Below, piece after piece: positions 17,108-26,477 of a DNA stretch of 64,000 nt. Made by a program: the position numbers and the translations under genes. Each line of letters begins with the position of its first letter. Within the stretch, counting starts at the first letter, position 1. Under the pieces are notes generated by a model. The model did not search any database, was not told where the DNA came from, and was given only the letters and a program-made list of their open reading frames with translations. Location of the stretch: contig JAOZMZ010000003.1 in NCBI GenBank assembly GCA_029934055.1, forward strand, positions 8,692 to 72,691, written 5' to 3'. This DNA comes from Kiritimatiellia bacterium (GTDB taxonomy: Bacteria > Verrucomicrobiota > Kiritimatiellia > B70-G9).

Positions 17108-18346
17108 ATGAAGGTAGGGATTGAATCGCTGGCGGTCCATGTACCGCATTACTATCTGGACTTGAAGACTCTGGCGGAAGTACGCGGTGTCGACCCCGGC
17201 AAATTTTATCAGGGATTGGGCCAGGAAAAGATGGCCGTGCCGCCGCCCGACGAAGATATCGTCAGCATGGCGGCGAACGCCGCCTATCGTGCGTTGGAGG
17301 GAATCGACGCTTCGAGCGTGGACACTGTCTTGCTGGCCACGGAATCGGGGATCGATCAGTCGAAATCAGCGGCCGTGTACGTCCATCATCTTTTGGGGTT
17401 GCCTGCGAACTGCAAGGCGGTGGAACTCAAGCAGGCCTGCAGCAGCGGAGCGGTCGGGCTGTTGATGGCGTTGGCGTACGTCGCCGTCCATCCCTCGCGC
17501 AAGGTTCTTCTGGTGACTTCCGACATAGCGCGTTACCGGATGAAGAGTTCGGGCGAGCCCACCCAGGGAGCCGGGGCGGCGGCCCTGGTGGTTTCGGCCG
17601 AGCCGCGCATCGTGGAGCTTGGCCAGGAGTCTGGTTCCTACACGGAAGACGTGATGGATTTCTGGCGCCCGAACTACATGGACGAGGCCCTCGTCGATGG
17701 AAAGTATTCCATCAAGGTTTACCAGCGGGCGCTGTTGCGCGCCTGGGAGGCTTACGCTTCACTCACACATCGTTCACTCGATGACCATCACCGGTTCTGC
17801 TATCACCTGCCGTTCACGCGGATGGCCGAGAAGGCGCACCTTCACCTGGTTCACGCCTTCGCGGGAGGGAAAACGCGCGGCGCAACAACGGACGCGTTGG
17901 CGAAAATTCGGTCGTCGCTTCACTACAACCGCCTGGTGGGGAACAGTTATACCGCTTCCGTGTTTGTGGCGTTGAGTTCGCTCCTGGATCTGGAATCCGA
18001 TCTGGAAGGACGGCGCGTAGGACTGTTCAGTTACGGCTCCGGATGCGTGGCGACGTTTTTCAGCGGGGTGGTGCTGCCCGGATACCGGAATTTCGTCCAG
18101 GCCGAACGGCACGCAGCGCTGCTGCGCGAGCGAGAGGAGATCACATTTCAACGCTACGAGGAATTCTACAACTACCGCCTGCCCCGCGACGGGTCCGAGT
18201 GCGCCACGCCGCGTCATCAAACAGGTCTTTTCCGCCTGGCGGGAATCACCGGGCACAAGCGCATCTACGAGCGCGTGGCAGCGGAGCCTGCAGAAGATCG
18301 CCAAGGGACGCCCGAGCGGAAGGGCGCCGTGGCGAGTATTTCCTGA
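17108..18346 (+). CDS. mvaS: Hydroxymethylglutaryl-CoA synthase
   Basis: MKVGIESLAVHVPHYYLDLKTLA..., ATESGIDQSKSAAVYV and the active-site segment ELKQACSSG. 412 aa. Confidence 0.85.
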   Translation: MKVGIESLAVHVPHYYLDLKTLAEVRGVDPGKFYQGLGQEKMAVPPPDEDIVSMAANAAYRALEGIDASSVDTVLLATESGIDQSKSAAVYVHHLLGLPANCKAVELKQACSSGAVGLLMALAYVAVHPSRKVLLVTSDIARYRMKSSGEPTQGAGAAALVVSAEPRIVELGQESGSYTEDVMDFWRPNYMDEALVDGKYSIKVYQRALLRAWEAYASLTHRSLDDHHRFCYHLPFTRMAEKAHLHLVHAFAGGKTRGATTDALAKIRSSLHYNRLVGNSYTASVFVALSSLLDLESDLEGRRVGLFSYGSGCVATFFSGVVLPGYRNFVQAERHAALLREREEITFQRYEEFYNYRLPRDGSECATPRHQTGLFRLAGITGHKRIYERVAAEPAEDRQGTPERKGAVASIS

Positions 18347-18625
18347 GGAAAGCGGGCTTATCACGGGGCTTGCCGGGTGATGCCGCGACTCTCTTTTGGG
18401 ACCGCGCTTTCGCAAAACTGTAATTGAGTCGCTTCCTGAGATGGCGGCTGATTTGGGGCGTCCCAACATGAAGGGTGCCGCCGGCCAGGGACCCCTATTT
18501 GTTGGGGTATTATGCACTTCCGGCACTGCGTCAAGTAATACAGCTGTGGGGCATGCATTATGCTGCATTAACAGGTGAAGGCAGTGTGGGGTATAAATAA
18601 AGGCGGAGTCAAGAGAGGCAAGCAG

Positions 18626-19033
18626 ATGCACAAAGGAGTCAAAGACGAAGGGGGTTGGACGCTCCTGGAGATAATGATAGTGGCTACGATCATCGGGATC
18701 ATGGCGATGATCGCGATTCCGACTTGGAGTGCAGCCCGCAATCGCGCACAGACGGAAATCTGCAAGCGCAATCAGAACATGATTTACGAGCAGATGAACA
18801 TCTATTGCCTGGAGCACAATGTGGCCTGTGACATATCAACCTTTCCGAACCTGTGTGCTGTCAGGGATGCGCTGGTGCCGCTGGACGGCAGTCCGAAATA
18901 CATCAAGCGCCGCAATGTTTTTTCCTGTCCGGCGAATCCCGACCAGGGTCAGCAGCATGACTATCGTTTCGTGAGGGACGGCAACGATATCACCGGCATA
19001 GAGTGCGATTACAACGAGGATCACAACGACTGA
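18626..19033 (+). CDS. Prepilin-type N-methylation domain protein (pilin/pseudopilin-like)
   Basis: ATG 18626 gives MHKGVKDEGG|WTLLEIMIVATIIGIMAMIAIP. A strong terminator follows. Confidence 0.75.
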   Translation: MHKGVKDEGGWTLLEIMIVATIIGIMAMIAIPTWSAARNRAQTEICKRNQNMIYEQMNIYCLEHNVACDISTFPNLCAVRDALVPLDGSPKYIKRRNVFSCPANPDQGQQHDYRFVRDGNDITGIECDYNEDHND

Positions 19034-19050
19034 CGATGGGCGATGGAGGA

Positions 19051-19076
19051 CGCGCCACGTGGTGGCGCGTTTTTTT
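19051..19076 (+). terminator. Rho-independent terminator
   Basis: CGCGCCAC-gtg-GTGGCGCG (8-bp GC stem, 3-nt loop) is followed directly by TTTTTTT (19070-19076), 18 nt after the pilin-like stop codon. Confidence 0.8.
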
Positions 19077-19085
19077 GTGTAGAGA

Positions 19086-20168
19086 TCAGGGGGCGAGCAG
19101 CGGGGCGAGGTGGGCCTTGAGTTCTCCGGCGAGGTCCCGGTTGCGGTAACGGGAGAGGCGTTCGCGCTGGCCGGCGATAAGGGCGTTGCGCAGCTCCTGG
19201 TCGCCCGCGATTCGGCCGAGCAGTTCCGCCAGGAGGTCGAACCGTTTCTCATGGAAAAGGACACCTGCCCCGTCCAAAGTTTCCGGAACGGCGCCCGCGG
19301 CGAAGGCCACCACCGGCAGGTCGTGTACCATGCTTTCGATAAGGGGGATGCAGAATCCTTCATGTTCACTCATGGAGACGAACACGTGGGCGGCGCGGTA
19401 GACGGCGTTGAGTTTTTCCTGGGGAAGAGTGCCCGGCATGGTGACGTTCTCGAGTCCCAGTTCCCGCGCGTAGGTCAGCAGGAGGGCGTGATAGCGTTCC
19501 AGGCCGGCGAAAGAGCCGACGTGGATAAGACGCGAGGACGGCTGGACGTATTTTTGGAAGTAGTAGAACAACGTCAGCAGATCTTCGATGCGTTTGTTGG
19601 GCACGCAGCGTCCGACGAAGAGAATATTGATCAGGCCGTCGCGGTAACGGCGCAGGGTGCGGCGATCTACCTTGCGCAGACGTGAGAGATCGAGAACCAG
19701 GGGAAGCACGTGGACATTCTGATAGCCGAGTTGCTCCAGTTCGGCGGCATTGAAACGGCTGTCGGCCATGACGACGTCGGCTGCGCCGGCCAGGCGGGCG
19801 GCTTGGCGGCGTCCATGGCGGAGGTTGCGGGCCATTTGCTCCTGAATGCCGGCCAGGTATTCCGGCGGGGTGATGTTGTGGTAAAGAATCGCTTTGCGGC
19901 AGGTCAGCTCGCCGAAGAGCTCGTTGGCTGGGGAGCCGATCGAGAGGTGGAGCAGAACGATATCGTCGCGTGTGATGGATCGGGCACATTCCTTCAGGTC
20001 GCGGGCGGTGCGGCGGAGTTCCGGGAGTATGCGGGTGTGCTCGCAGAATATTTCGGAGGCGAACCCCCAGGAGCGGAAAATCTCGCGCAGTACGACGGCT
20101 TCGTTGCTGATGGCGTCGCCGTGGGTGAATCCGGCCACCAACTGGTGTATGGCGCGGGGGCGACTCAC
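19086..20168 (-). CDS. Glycosyltransferase, GT4 family
   Basis: GTG 20168 overlaps the upstream stop (GTGA), giving VSRPRAIHQLVAGFTHGDAISNEA.... The C-terminal half has FVSMSEHEGFCIPLIESMVHDLPVVA. The upstream 126 codons of the 486-aa ORF overlap the neighbouring gene. Confidence 0.8.
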   Translation of the reverse strand: MSRPRAIHQLVAGFTHGDAISNEAVVLREIFRSWGFASEIFCEHTRILPELRRTARDLKECARSITRDDIVLLHLSIGSPANELFGELTCRKAILYHNITPPEYLAGIQEQMARNLRHGRRQAARLAGAADVVMADSRFNAAELEQLGYQNVHVLPLVLDLSRLRKVDRRTLRRYRDGLINILFVGRCVPNKRIEDLLTLFYYFQKYVQPSSRLIHVGSFAGLERYHALLLTYARELGLENVTMPGTLPQEKLNAVYRAAHVFVSMSEHEGFCIPLIESMVHDLPVVAFAAGAVPETLDGAGVLFHEKRFDLLAELLGRIAGDQELRNALIAGQRERLSRYRNRDLAGELKAHLAPLLAP

Positions 20169-21394
20169 GGGCGGACCTCCGGGAGTGCGGGTTGCTGCAA
20201 CAGGTCGGCTACGCCGTCGAAGAAGCGGCGCATGATTTCGTCCCAGGAGAAACGGCTCTCGACGTAGCTGCGTCCAGCGGCGGCCAGGGCGGAGCGAAGG
20301 TGCGGGTCGTCGAGCAGGCGTAGGAGGGCTTCCTCGAATTCCGGATAGAAACGGAACCAGAGGCCCCCGTTGGCGTTGCGGCAATGTTCCCGGAGCACCG
20401 CGCTGCCGGCATTGACCAGAACGGGGGTTTGCGCCAGCCATGCTTCGAGAACGACGATGCCGAGACTCTCGAGGGTGGATGGATGGCAGAAGACCGTCGC
20501 CGCGGCCATGGCCGAGCGTTTCAGGTTTTCCGGCAGCACGCCGCAATCAGTGATCCAGGTGGTTCCACCGGGAGGAATATCGAGCGGCCCACTGCCGGTG
20601 AATACCAGGTGCACGTTCCGAGAAGTTCTTTCGCGGAAGGTTTGCAGGTAGGCGATGAGCAGGGGTGTTCCCTTGAGTGGTTCGCGCCTGCCGGAGTAGA
20701 GAACGAAAGGTGTGGGAACGCGAAAGCGTTTTCGAAATGGTTCGGGGTCGGGTGTGAACGGGTCCAGTCCCATGCCGACGACGCGGCAGCGTTGGTCAGA
20801 GACACCGTAGATACGCTGCGCCAGCTCCATTTCCGGGCGCGAGTTGAAGAGGATGCCGGCGGTGCGCTGAAAGAGGGCGCGGGTTATTTTGAGGTAGGCG
20901 AAAGGTTCATCGTGGAGGCAGGGGAGCAGCAGGGTGCGGGCGGGGTAGATACGGCTGACGGCGTGGGTGACACCGAAGAGGTAAGGGCCGGTGACGATAA
21001 CGTCGTAGATGTCCGGCCGCGAGCGGAGGTGCTCGTAGAGTGCCGGGCTGTTGACGCTGTTATTGATCCAGGCCTTTTCTTCCGCGTCGCAGACGGGGAT
21101 GTTGCGGCTGATGCGGTCTTGAATGCGGAGAAATGTTTCCACGTTGCGGTTTTCATCTACGGGAAAGAAGACCACGTGCACTTGTCCGAACTTTTTCTCT
21201 CCGGGAGGAATCTCGTTGCGCCAGGTGAAGTGGTCGCGCGCGCAGGTGGTGAGGATGGTAACCTGGTGGCCGTTGGCCGCGGTATGTTCCGCGAGGCGGC
21301 GCAGCAGTGTTTCGGCTCCGCCGACGGTCGTCTGGTCGGAAAAGCGGGGGCAGACGAAGGCGAAGTGTTGGGGTCGGCTGGTATGTTTTTTCAT
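20165..21394 (-). CDS. Glycosyltransferase, GT4 family
   Basis: MKKHTSRPQHFAFVCPRFSDQTTVGGAETLLRRLAEH... and ...CHPSTLESLGIVVLEAWLAQTPVLV. Confidence 0.82.
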   Translation of the reverse strand: MKKHTSRPQHFAFVCPRFSDQTTVGGAETLLRRLAEHTAANGHQVTILTTCARDHFTWRNEIPPGEKKFGQVHVVFFPVDENRNVETFLRIQDRISRNIPVCDAEEKAWINNSVNSPALYEHLRSRPDIYDVIVTGPYLFGVTHAVSRIYPARTLLLPCLHDEPFAYLKITRALFQRTAGILFNSRPEMELAQRIYGVSDQRCRVVGMGLDPFTPDPEPFRKRFRVPTPFVLYSGRREPLKGTPLLIAYLQTFRERTSRNVHLVFTGSGPLDIPPGGTTWITDCGVLPENLKRSAMAAATVFCHPSTLESLGIVVLEAWLAQTPVLVNAGSAVLREHCRNANGGLWFRFYPEFEEALLRLLDDPHLRSALAAAGRSYVESRFSWDEIMRRFFDGVADLLQQPALPEVRP

Positions 21395-21882
21395 TTCGCC
21401 CCGTCGATTTTTTCCGAACTTTCAGGTGGGGGGCCGGAGTCTTGCTTGCCGGAAAGTTCGTCCAGACGTCTTTCGATGTCGCGCAGCCGCCGTTCGTATT
21501 TTTCTTCCATGTTTTCGACGGCGGTCAGGAGGAGGGCGTTGACCTCATTCTGTTGTGACCAGAGGCGGTAGGTATAGAACTTGAGGAGTTTCCAAATGAT
21601 TTTCTTGAGGGAGACGAGCAGGGGCGCCAGGAAAGAGCGGCGCTCGTGGATTTCGTAATCGCCGATATCCACGGACACGGCGTCCCGGAGGCAGCGCAGG
21701 TAGAAGCCGACGAACTCGTCCTGGGAGGCGAAAGCCGCCAGGTTGGTACGTTCCGCGCGGGCGATGCGGGCGTCGTCGTAGGCCCCGGAGGCGATCTTCT
21801 GCTGCACGCTGGCCTCGATTTCGGCCATGATGCGCGCGGCGTCTATTTCTTTTGCACCGATCGTGAAGAGGTCCTTATTCAT
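21391..21882 (-). CDS. Conserved hypothetical protein of polysaccharide loci, with a coiled-coil C-terminus
   Basis: ATG 21882 gives MNKDLFTIGAKEIDAARIMAEIEASV...KKIIWKLLKFYTYRLWSQQNEVNALL...; the stop overlaps the GT start (ATGA). The rest of the 537-aa ORF in the track is antisense to the kinase gene and looks spurious. Confidence 0.6.
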   Translation of the reverse strand: MNKDLFTIGAKEIDAARIMAEIEASVQQKIASGAYDDARIARAERTNLAAFASQDEFVGFYLRCLRDAVSVDIGDYEIHERRSFLAPLLVSLKKIIWKLLKFYTYRLWSQQNEVNALLLTAVENMEEKYERRLRDIERRLDELSGKQDSGPPPESSEKIDGAK

Positions 21883-22074
21883 CTTGGGTGTGTCACTTTC
21901 GGATTGATTATTCGGTTCGGGCGGGCGCGTGTCAATGAAGCAGAAGGCGCTGGAGAGACGGGGGCGGGGTACGGGGAGGGTGGCTGGCTTGCAAAGAAAT
22001 ACATTGAACGGGGGGATGGAGGGCGTATTTTTTGTGCAAAGCGGTTGGAATCGACAAAAAGGGAGGAGTATGCA

Positions 22075-24228
22075 GTGACGGCACAGGCACATTCTCGCGA
22101 TGCGCATGGCGGTGGAGAGGCCGACCGGTTGGCGGCGCTGGAGGCCGAACTGGAGCGCGTCCGCTGGCGGGACGAGGTCAAGGGCCGCATTCTGGAGGTG
22201 CTCGGAAGGGTCACTGCGCAGAACACGGTGGACGGTGTTTGCCGGGCGATAGTGGAAGAGGTGCGTTCGGAATTGGCTTTCGACCGGGTGGGACTTTTCA
22301 TTTGGGATGATGAGATCAGTTGGTTCCGGGGTTCTTTCGGAACCGGCTTGAACGGGGAGACGACGGATGAACGCCACATAGTGTGGAATCCGCAGCCGGA
22401 ATACGCCGAGAAGATCCTCGGAGGGGCGACGTTTATTCGGGGCTGCATACTCGGCGAGCCCCTGGCGCAGCCCGGGGAGGAGGGGATAACAGCAGACCTG
22501 GTCGTGTTGCGGCGGGAGGGGCATGTATACGGCGTCCTGAGCGTGGACAACCGTCTCTCGCGGCGGCCGATCTCCATGGAGGAATTGCAACCGCTGACCC
22601 TGTTGAGTCGCATCCTCGGCAACAGTGTTGATTTGGCGCGGGCACGAAGCGCGTTGGCCGATAGCGAGGAGCGTTTCCGTGAGGTGGCGCAGAACAGCCG
22701 GGAGTGGATCTGGGAGACGGATTCCTCGTGGCGATACACGTATTCCAGCCCGGCGGTGGAGGATCTTCTGGGGTATACGGCGGAGGAGGTTTTGGGGCGT
22801 ACCTTCGACGAATTCGCTTCGGGAGGGGCGGAAGGCAGGGCGGCGCTGAAGGCGCAGATAGAGGAGTTTCTCTCGCGCGGCGAAAAGATCGAGGCCTTCG
22901 ACAACCGCCAGCAGCGGCGCGACGGCGCGGAAGTTGTTTTCGAAACGTTCGCCATACCCGTGCGTGACAGGAACGGGGTTGTGGTGGGGTACCGCGGAGC
23001 GCATCGTGACATGACGCGGGAACGTGAACTAGAGGCGCAACTGATACACGCCCAGAAGCTTGAGGCCATTGGACGTCTGGCCGGGGGGATCGCGCATGAT
23101 TTCAACAATATTCTGACTTCGATTTTGGGAGTCGTCAGCATGTTGCTGGACGAACTGGCGGAGGGCGACCCGATCCGCGGTGAGATTGACCAGATTCGCC
23201 AGGCCGGAGAACGGGCGGCCAAGCTCACGCGGCAGTTGCTGGCGTTCAGTCGGCGCCAGCTCCAGCACAAAGGAGAGATTGATGCCGCGGAGCTCGTGCG
23301 CCAGATGGAGGATTTTCTCAGACGGGTGATTGGAGAAGAGATCGAGTTGGAGTTTGACGTGGCGGAGTCCGGCTGCCGGTTACAGGGTGATGCCGCGCAG
23401 TTGCGCCAGGTAATTCTCGAGTTGGCGGTCAATGCGCGGGATGCGATGCTGAACGGATACCATGCCTACGGGATACCGCCCCCGCCGCGAGGCAGGGTCC
23501 GGAGGCTCGGGTTGCAGGTGCGCCGGGTGGATCTTTCCCCCGAGTTTTGCCGGACGCATCCCGGATTGAGTGCCGGGCCACACGTTTTACTGAAGGTAAG
23601 TGATACAGGGCCGGGAATACCGGAGAGTATCCGCGGCAGAATTTTTGATCCTTTCTATACCACGCGGGAGGTGGGGCGTGGGTCAGGTCTTGGTTTGTCG
23701 TCCGTATACGGGATAGTGACACGCATGGCGGGGCATATCGAGGTGGAAAGCGTGGAGGGCGAAGGGACGACGTTCAGCATATATCTGCCATGTGCTCATA
23801 AAGATAAAAAGGAGGACTCCATGCACGCGAACGTCCCGGAACAGGAGCATACGGAGGGGAGAATGATCCTGCTCGTTGAAGACGAGGAACCCATCCGCCG
23901 CCTGATGGCGCGCATGTTGGAGACGAAGGGATACCGGACCCTTCAGGCGGAGGATGGGGAAGCTGCTTTGCGGCTCGGTGAAAGCTACCCCGGGCGTATT
24001 GATCTGGTGATAACGGATATGGTCATGCCGCGCATGACCGGCAAGCAACTCGTCGAGGGATTGCGGCGGGTGCGCAGTGATTTCAGCGTATTGTTCGTTT
24101 CCGGGTATGCCAGCGAGGAAACGGTGGATGAGAAAGAGCTGGGTACACGGGTGGGATTCGTCCAGAAGCCGTTTACACAGGAAGTGCTCGCTCTCAAGGT
24201 CGAAGAACTCATCGGCGGCGGGGGTTGA
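22075..24228 (+). CDS. Hybrid sensor histidine kinase (GAF-like, PAS, HisKA, HATPase_c, REC)
   Basis: PAS segment EERFREVAQNSREWIWETD...; H-box RLAGGIAHDFNNILTSILG; G-boxes DTGPGI and GSGLGLSSVYG; receiver ILLVEDEEPIRR...DLVITDMVMPRMTG. Start proposed at GTG 22075 after GGGAGGAG (22061-22068), because the 21646 start would overlap the divergent gene. Confidence 0.8.
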   Translation: MTAQAHSRDAHGGGEADRLAALEAELERVRWRDEVKGRILEVLGRVTAQNTVDGVCRAIVEEVRSELAFDRVGLFIWDDEISWFRGSFGTGLNGETTDERHIVWNPQPEYAEKILGGATFIRGCILGEPLAQPGEEGITADLVVLRREGHVYGVLSVDNRLSRRPISMEELQPLTLLSRILGNSVDLARARSALADSEERFREVAQNSREWIWETDSSWRYTYSSPAVEDLLGYTAEEVLGRTFDEFASGGAEGRAALKAQIEEFLSRGEKIEAFDNRQQRRDGAEVVFETFAIPVRDRNGVVVGYRGAHRDMTRERELEAQLIHAQKLEAIGRLAGGIAHDFNNILTSILGVVSMLLDELAEGDPIRGEIDQIRQAGERAAKLTRQLLAFSRRQLQHKGEIDAAELVRQMEDFLRRVIGEEIELEFDVAESGCRLQGDAAQLRQVILELAVNARDAMLNGYHAYGIPPPPRGRVRRLGLQVRRVDLSPEFCRTHPGLSAGPHVLLKVSDTGPGIPESIRGRIFDPFYTTREVGRGSGLGLSSVYGIVTRMAGHIEVESVEGEGTTFSIYLPCAHKDKKEDSMHANVPEQEHTEGRMILLVEDEEPIRRLMARMLETKGYRTLQAEDGEAALRLGESYPGRIDLVITDMVMPRMTGKQLVEGLRRVRSDFSVLFVSGYASEETVDEKELGTRVGFVQKPFTQEVLALKVEELIGGGG

Positions 24229-24289
24229 AGGAGGCGGCGGCCGGCATTCCCGTGGACGTGAAGGAACTCCCCACGTTCCCAAGTCATAC

Positions 24290-24850
24290 TCAGAATTGCA
24301 CCCGGGGTGCCTGATGTGACGGCTCGGCGGCTTCGAAATAGGCTTTCTGCCGTTCGAATCCCAGCAGGGCGGCGAAGATGTTGGTGGGGAAACGACGTAC
24401 GGCGGTGTTATAGGCCCGCACGGCCTCATTGTATCGCCGGCGTTCGACGGCGATACGGTTTTCGGTTCCGGCCAGTTCGTCCTGGAGTGCCAGGAAGTTC
24501 TGGCTGGCCTTCAGGTCGGGGTAGTTTTCCGCTACCAGCAGCAGGCGTCCGATAGCGGTTTCAAGTTTGCCCGCCGCGGCGAGTTTGGCGCCGGGCGTGG
24601 CGGCATCGTTCCAGCGACTGCGCAGGCGGGTTACTTCCTCGAATATTTCGCGTTCGTGGGCGGCGTATCCCTTCACCGTATTGACGAGGTTGGGAATGAG
24701 GTCGTAGCGGCGTTGGAGAACGTTTTCGACCTGGGCCCACGACGTGGAGACTTTTTCGTCCAGGCCCACCAGGCGGTTATAGACGACCACGATCGCCAGC
24801 GCGGCGACGGCGGCGACTATCGCGAGAATGATCCAGACTTTTCTGCTCAT
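24290..24850 (-). CDS. lemA: LemA family protein, copy 2
   Basis: YNRLVGLDEKVSTSWAQVENVLQRRYDLIPNLV...ENYPDLKASQNFLALQDEL. The start overlaps the upstream nucleotidyltransferase stop (ATGA). Confidence 0.88.
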   Translation of the reverse strand: MSRKVWIILAIVAAVAALAIVVVYNRLVGLDEKVSTSWAQVENVLQRRYDLIPNLVNTVKGYAAHEREIFEEVTRLRSRWNDAATPGAKLAAAGKLETAIGRLLLVAENYPDLKASQNFLALQDELAGTENRIAVERRRYNEAVRAYNTAVRRFPTNIFAALLGFERQKAYFEAAEPSHQAPRVQF

Positions 24851-25572
24851 TTCGATTCTCCTGCGTTGGCCTGCGTCGGCAGGGCGTCCACCACGGCCGT
24901 GACTTTTTCGACATTTTCAAGATAGCGCGCGAAGAGAGCTTCGCAATCCAATTTACGCGTGGCGAGCTTCTTTTGCCGCACGAGCGCAATTTTGCGGAGG
25001 ACATCGCTATCCAGCGGTAGATGATGTGCCAGGCGTTCGGCGGCCGCGATTTTGTGCATCGGGATGTTGTCGTCGAGCAGTCGCAGTGCTGCGCGGAAAA
25101 TGACGAGGACCGAGGTCAGCGAATCGGTCATCAGCCGCCAGAGGCGCCGCGGGCGGCCGCCGGCGGCGAGATATCCTTCGTAGAGGCTGATTCTTTTCTC
25201 GCGCAATTCGCGTTCGACCTGGAGACGCAGGTTGTCGCGGCTGACGACGATGCCGCTGAGGACATCGTCACCGCTGAGAACGCGGTGGGCCTGCTGCATG
25301 TCGAGTATTTCGATCGGGAACACGTCGGCCGCCTGCTCCAGGTTCGTCCGGGTGAACAGCAGCGGGGGCGGATTGCCTTCCAGCATCCAGCGCCGCACGA
25401 GGGGGGTTATGAGCTTGAGGTCGTCCATGGTGAAATTCTCGCAGACCAGGAGGATGTCATAATCGGAACACGGGCTGATCTGGTCGCCGCTGACGGCCGA
25501 CCCATAGAGGGCCACCATGTGGGTGCCCGGCAGCGCTGCCGCCAGAAGTTGAGCAAATCTATCCGGTTTCAT
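24847..25572 (-). CDS. Nucleotidyltransferase-domain protein (Pol-beta superfamily, KNTase-like with helical C-terminal domain)
   Basis: HMVALYGSAVSGDQISPCSDYDILLV carries the G[SG]...D.D minimal NTase motif, followed by about 130 aa of helical sequence. Confidence 0.65.
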   Translation of the reverse strand: MKPDRFAQLLAAALPGTHMVALYGSAVSGDQISPCSDYDILLVCENFTMDDLKLITPLVRRWMLEGNPPPLLFTRTNLEQAADVFPIEILDMQQAHRVLSGDDVLSGIVVSRDNLRLQVERELREKRISLYEGYLAAGGRPRRLWRLMTDSLTSVLVIFRAALRLLDDNIPMHKIAAAERLAHHLPLDSDVLRKIALVRQKKLATRKLDCEALFARYLENVEKVTAVVDALPTQANAGESK

Positions 25573-25633
25573 TTCAGCTTACCTCCCAACTGGGTTTCAG
25601 ACTGTTTCGATACATAGCAGGCCTGGACTCCAA

Positions 25634-26392
25634 CTACCAGCCGCGTCCGGCGCCGCCGCCGCCAGAAGCGCCGCCGCCGAAACCGCCGAAACCGCCACCG
25701 AATCCGCCGCCGCCTGTTCCTCCGCCGAGAAAAAGGAATGCCAGTATCGGGTGGCGGATAATGATGATCACGGCAGCTATGAAAAACAGCAGGCTCAGCA
25801 AGGAACGCAGCCAGCCGGGAGTTGTATTTGCGCTCGGAGAGGCCTGATCAGCCATTGTGTTCAGGCTTATCCCGTTGGCTCGGGCGATTTCTCCGGCGAG
25901 AGTCCGGGTAGTTTCAAGAAGCCCTGTGGAATAGTCGCCTTGTTTGAAATGTGGAATTAGTTTCTTGTCGAGAATCCGGCCCGCCTTGGCGTCATTGATT
26001 ACCGGTTCGAGGCCGTAACCGACCTCGATACGGGCGCGACGGTCACGTATGGCGGCCAGCAGGAGGAGGCCGTTGTCTTTACCCCTGCGTCCGATGCCCC
26101 ATTCCTCAAAGAGACGATTGGCGAAATCGTCGGCGTCGGCGCCTTCCAGGCTCGGCAGGGTGACCACCGCGACCTGGATGGACGTGCGCCTGTCGAGTTC
26201 CGCCAGGAGGGATTCTGCGACGCGGCGGTCGGCGGGGCGCATGACCCCGGCGAAGTCGGATACGTATCCCTGGGGTTCGAGCCGGGCCAGCAGGCGGTCG
26301 GCGGGATCGGGAGCCCGGCCGCAACCGACTGAGAGCAGCAGGCCGAGCAGTGCCAGTATGCGCGGATAGTTCATGATCGTCGCGGATGTCAT
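25634..26392 (-). CDS. TPM-domain (YgcG-like) lipoprotein with TM segment and glycine-rich C-terminus
   Basis: YVSDFAGVM...IQVAVVTLPSLEG...NGLLLLAAIRDRRARIEVGYGLE is a TPM signature. The lipobox is LLLSVGCG, and the C-terminus is GGGTGGGGFGGGFGGFGGG.... Start at ATG 26392 or 26374; the 26491 start in the ORF track overlaps the permease gene. Confidence 0.8.
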   Translation of the reverse strand: MTSATIMNYPRILALLGLLLSVGCGRAPDPADRLLARLEPQGYVSDFAGVMRPADRRVAESLLAELDRRTSIQVAVVTLPSLEGADADDFANRLFEEWGIGRRGKDNGLLLLAAIRDRRARIEVGYGLEPVINDAKAGRILDKKLIPHFKQGDYSTGLLETTRTLAGEIARANGISLNTMADQASPSANTTPGWLRSLLSLLFFIAAVIIIIRHPILAFLFLGGGTGGGGFGGGFGGFGGGASGGGGAGRGW

Positions 26393-26477
26393 TTTGCACC
26401 GGCAAGGATTATCCGGCAAATTCCGCGCACGGCAAGTCCGCTGTTTGCGGGCAAGGAGCCGGCCGTCCCCGCGCGTC

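Noticed and set aside
23420-23600. About 14-aa insertion (LNGYHAYGIPPPPRGRVRR) between the N-box and G1-box of the kinase at 22075-24228
   Set aside because: This is a modest variation in the ATP-lid region, within the range seen in histidine kinases, and not informative on its own.
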